Shown here piece by piece: positions 60,948 to 64,000 of a stretch of 64,000 nucleotides of DNA (position 1 is its first letter; the number at the start of each line of letters is the position of its first letter). The DNA comes from Alphaproteobacteria bacterium (GTDB lineage: Bacteria; Pseudomonadota; Alphaproteobacteria; GCA-2731375). The stretch lies in assembly GCA_965232515.1 (NCBI GenBank), contig CBDDPY010000002.1, forward strand, positions 2,528,001 through 2,592,000. Direction: 5' to 3'. The position numbers and the translations under genes were made by a program. Under the pieces are notes generated by a model. It was not told where the DNA came from. It saw only the letters and a program-made list of their open reading frames with translations, and did not search any database.

Positions 60948-62267
60948 TTAGGCAAGCGTGAAGCTGTCCGAAACCAGCGATTGGGGCGGACTGAAAATGG
61001 CCGAAAATGGTGGTTCGGTGTCGCTTTTCGGGCAAATAAGGGGGATATGCGGGGCGTATAGCAGTCTATCGCAGTGCCAAAGGGATGGCAGGCTCGGCCG
61101 GACAGCCCTCGGAAGCGTGGTAAACGCCGTTTCGGCGATTTGACGCCAGCCCTCCGCGCCCAGCCGCCGCACCTGCAACATGCCGTCATCGGACAATCGG
61201 ATGCCGTCGGCGATCCGGATCGAAAATCGGTCCCAGCGCCCCTGCCACCCGGGGACGACATCAACCGTCTCCCTCAAGCGGCCGACTTCACGGCAGATCA
61301 GCAAGCGTCCAGGCCCAAGCAACAGCCGGCAACCGCCGAGCGTGCGCCCGCCGGATGTATCTGACCCGACCAGCCAGCCGTCGAGCGCCGCTAGCGGACC
61401 GGCACGGGGCGGATAGAACGAACCGCCGATGCACATCAGCAGACGGCTGAGCAGGCGCTGTCGGACCGCCATCGGCGCCGCGCCATAACGCGATAGCGAA
61501 AGGCAGGCGTATCCGGCCTGATGCAGGTCGACGGCGGCTGCCGCGAGATCCGATGTCATCGCCGACATGGCGCGGCGGTGTTGGCCGAAGGCGTGGACGG
61601 TCCGGGTCAGCCCTGCCAACTCCGCCGCGGTCAGCCGCGACAGCCGTCGGCGCAGATGACTGCGGCGGAACGCCGGATCCCGATTGCTCGGATCGTCGAT
61701 CCAGCATTGATCGTTTTGCTCGAGCAACTCGACGAGTTGCAATTTCGGCGTGGTCAGCAGCGGGCGCAGAAGCCTGATGCCGGCAACCACGGACAGCGCC
61801 GACATGCCAGCCAGGCCGTCGAGGCCGCTATGGCGTTCAAGCCGCATGAGAAACGTCTCGACCTGATCGTCCCGGTGATGCGCCAGCAGAAGGTGCAATA
61901 CCCCATTCTGCCGGCACCAGCCGGTCAGCAGATCATATCGTGCCTGCCGTGCAGCCGCCTGAATGCCGCTCGCCGGCAGCGGGCCATGCCGGACCAGGGT
62001 GTGATGTTCGATCCCCCGCTGGGCGAGCCACACGCCGACCTGACGGCATTCCGCCGCGGCCTCCGGCCTCATGCCATGATCGACCGTGAGGCCGATGACC
62101 TTGCCGTTGCGGCCGTTCGCCCATGCATCGGCAAACAAGGTCAGCGCTAAGCTGTCCGCACCACCGGACACGGCGACGGCGACGACAGGCGCATCTTCGA
62201 ACGGGCCGAGCGCCGCCATGGCGGCGTCGAAGTCGTCCGACGGCAAACCGTCCGGCGGCGCGCGCAA
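60948..62267 (-). CDS. tilS: tRNA(Ile)-lysidine synthase
   Basis: AVSGGADS, DHGMR, AHHRDDQVET, DPSN; upstream of ftsH. Confidence 0.93.
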   Translation of the reverse strand: MRAPPDGLPSDDFDAAMAALGPFEDAPVVAVAVSGGADSLALTLFADAWANGRNGKVIGLTVDHGMRPEAAAECRQVGVWLAQRGIEHHTLVRHGPLPASGIQAAARQARYDLLTGWCRQNGVLHLLLAHHRDDQVETFLMRLERHSGLDGLAGMSALSVVAGIRLLRPLLTTPKLQLVELLEQNDQCWIDDPSNRDPAFRRSHLRRRLSRLTAAELAGLTRTVHAFGQHRRAMSAMTSDLAAAAVDLHQAGYACLSLSRYGAAPMAVRQRLLSRLLMCIGGSFYPPRAGPLAALDGWLVGSDTSGGRTLGGCRLLLGPGRLLICREVGRLRETVDVVPGWQGRWDRFSIRIADGIRLSDDGMLQVRRLGAEGWRQIAETAFTTLPRAVRPSLPSLWHCDRLLYAPHIPLICPKSDTEPPFSAIFSPPQSLVSDSFTLA

Positions 62268-62275
62268 GATCGACG

Positions 62276-63217
62276 CTAGCCGCAGTCCGTCCGCTGCTTT
62301 TGCTGTTCCGCGTTGCTGCGGATGCGGTTATCGGCATCGGGAAAGCTGCGCAGCAGCTCGTTCCAGGTGTTGCACGCTTCGGCCGGCTGGCCCAGTTCGC
62401 GCAGCGTGATGCCAAGCTTCAGCAACGTATCCGGCGCTTTGGTGCTGGCCGGATACTGCTTGATGCCTTGCAGGAAAGCCGCTGCCGCGGCGTCGAATTG
62501 ATTGCGCACATAGAACGTTTCGCCCAGCCAGTACTGGGCGTTCGCCGCCAGATCATCGTCGGGGTGCGCCGCAAGAAACTCCGTAAATGCTTGTTCCGCT
62601 CGGTCGAATTCAGACTTACGCAGTAACGAGAAGGCGAAGTTGTAGCGCTCCATCGGCGAGCCGTCCGGCAACACCGTGCCGGGCGCGGCCGGCGCCGCCG
62701 CCGCCTGCTGCGTGCCTTCGCGTTGGCCCGCCGCGGCCTGAACCTGCTGTCCGAAGCCGGTCGCGGCCGGTGGCGCGGCTGGCGGCGAAACGCCGTCGGC
62801 CGCCGCTGCCCCAGCTTGGGGCGGCGCGCCCGCGCCGCGCTCCAGCTCGCCGAGGCGAAAGTCGACATCGCCAACCAGCTTGTCCAGCCGGGTGCTGATC
62901 TGCCGCAGCCTGAAGCTCACTTCTTCGATGCGGCCGGTCAAGTTACGCAGCTCGTTCTCGAGCTGCGTCATCCGCACTTCGGCTTCGGCGATACGCGCCG
63001 TCGAGGGCGCCGAAAAACTGTCGGGCGACCGGGCGGTCACACCGCCGCGCGGCGTCTCGCCGCGATAGACCAGAGGTTCGAGGTCGCGGAGACTACGCTC
63101 CAGACGCTCAATTCGATCGACCAGCGCATCGACGTTCTGCGCCGTCGCCACATCGGGCTGAACGATCGCCGCGACGATTCCTACCATCGAGAAAAATAGC
63201 GTTGGTTTTCGGATCAT
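62276..63217 (-). CDS. cpoB: Tol-Pal system protein YbgF/CpoB
   Basis: Signal peptide, coiled coil, TPR NAQYWLGE...KAPDTLLKLG; downstream of pal. Confidence 0.9.
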   Translation of the reverse strand: MIRKPTLFFSMVGIVAAIVQPDVATAQNVDALVDRIERLERSLRDLEPLVYRGETPRGGVTARSPDSFSAPSTARIAEAEVRMTQLENELRNLTGRIEEVSFRLRQISTRLDKLVGDVDFRLGELERGAGAPPQAGAAAADGVSPPAAPPAATGFGQQVQAAAGQREGTQQAAAAPAAPGTVLPDGSPMERYNFAFSLLRKSEFDRAEQAFTEFLAAHPDDDLAANAQYWLGETFYVRNQFDAAAAAFLQGIKQYPASTKAPDTLLKLGITLRELGQPAEACNTWNELLRSFPDADNRIRSNAEQQKQRTDCG

Positions 63218-63359
63218 GGCTCGGTTCCACCTGATCTGCCGCGGCGGCATGTCCAGTGGCGGCTCGACGGCAGACTGTCGAAAGAATGCGGCGAAAATAC
63301 GATCACCCGCTCGCCTGCGGATCGGTTCGCGCCGATGCACCCAGGCCTCATGTCGGCGA

Positions 63360-63401
63360 AAACGAAAACGGGATGCTGGCTCGGAGCAGCCAGCATCCCG
63401 T
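63360..63401 (-). terminator. Rho-independent terminator after pal
   Basis: Stem ACGGGATGCTGGCT/AGCCAGCATCCCGT followed by TTTCGTTTT on the minus strand. Confidence 0.7.
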
Positions 63402-63440
63402 CGAACTCGGAATTGGCGCTGGAAACGCAGCGCCGAAGCG

Positions 63441-63992
63441 CTAGTTGACGACGGCGACGCCGCGGCGGTTTTGCGACCAGCAGGCTTCGTTGTGAGCCAC
63501 GCAGCCCGGCCGCTCCTTGCCATACGATATCGTCGCTATCCGGTCGGGATTGACGCCAAGCGCGATCAGGTAATTTCTCGCCGACGTCGCCCGCCGCTCA
63601 CCCAGCGCCAGGTTGTACTCGCGGGTACCGCGCTCGTCGGCATGCCCTTCAACCGTGACCGTGACATCGGGATACTGCTTCAGCCAAGCGGCCCAGCGCT
63701 CGATGGTGGCGCGCGATTGCGGCTTCAAATCGAATTTGTCGAAATCATAAAAAACGCGGTCGCCCACATTCTCGACAAAGTCTTCGTAGCTGCCGGGTGT
63801 CGGACCAGCCGGCGCCTGGGTCGAAGACACGGACGGCGACGTCGTGGTCGTCGTCTGCGTGCTGGTCGTCTGCTGAGCGCCGCCCTGCCCGCTGGTATCG
63901 GCGGACTCCTCCGGTGCGGTTTCGCACGCGGCTACAAGCAAAACCGCCGCGGCAAGACAAATGCCTTTTAACCCAAATTTTTCAAAGCGCAT
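63441..63992 (-). CDS. pal: Peptidoglycan-associated lipoprotein Pal
   Basis: Lipobox VAAC; EGHADERGTREYNLALGERRA; ISYGKERP. Confidence 0.96.
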   Translation of the reverse strand: MRFEKFGLKGICLAAAVLLVAACETAPEESADTSGQGGAQQTTSTQTTTTTSPSVSSTQAPAGPTPGSYEDFVENVGDRVFYDFDKFDLKPQSRATIERWAAWLKQYPDVTVTVEGHADERGTREYNLALGERRATSARNYLIALGVNPDRIATISYGKERPGCVAHNEACWSQNRRGVAVVN

Positions 63993-64000
63993 CAAGGAGG

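Overview
High-GC alphaproteobacterial chromosome segment; the Rhodospirillales-like placement is inferred from gene content and order. Right half (~37-64 kb): mostly housekeeping genes (ltaE, rluD, rpoH, purA, hisZ, serA, serC, thiD, glmM, folP, ftsH, tilS, cpoB, pal) plus a small metabolic block. Left half (up to tRNA-Glu(CTC) at ~37 kb): a patchwork of accessory genes. The most striking locus is 10.3-16.8 kb. There a LuxR with all canonical AHL-binding residues and no luxI in the window lies divergent from a Liv-type ABC importer. The LivM permease of that importer is fused in frame to an AidH-like alpha/beta-hydrolase (putative AHL lactonase), suggesting a sense-import-destroy system for quorum signals. 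A second pattern seen directly in the sequence: accessory cassettes are flanked by diverged relic copies of the 3' ends of neighbouring genes (GFA and aconitase relics at 2.1-2.3 kb; a membrane-gene relic at 22.6 kb). Also present: two copies of a ~270-bp MITE with co-varying stems, REP-like palindromes, a RelE/ParE toxin-antitoxin pair, PEP-CTERM proteins and an unannotated 27-aa membrane peptide. All family assignments come from motif recognition; no database search was run.
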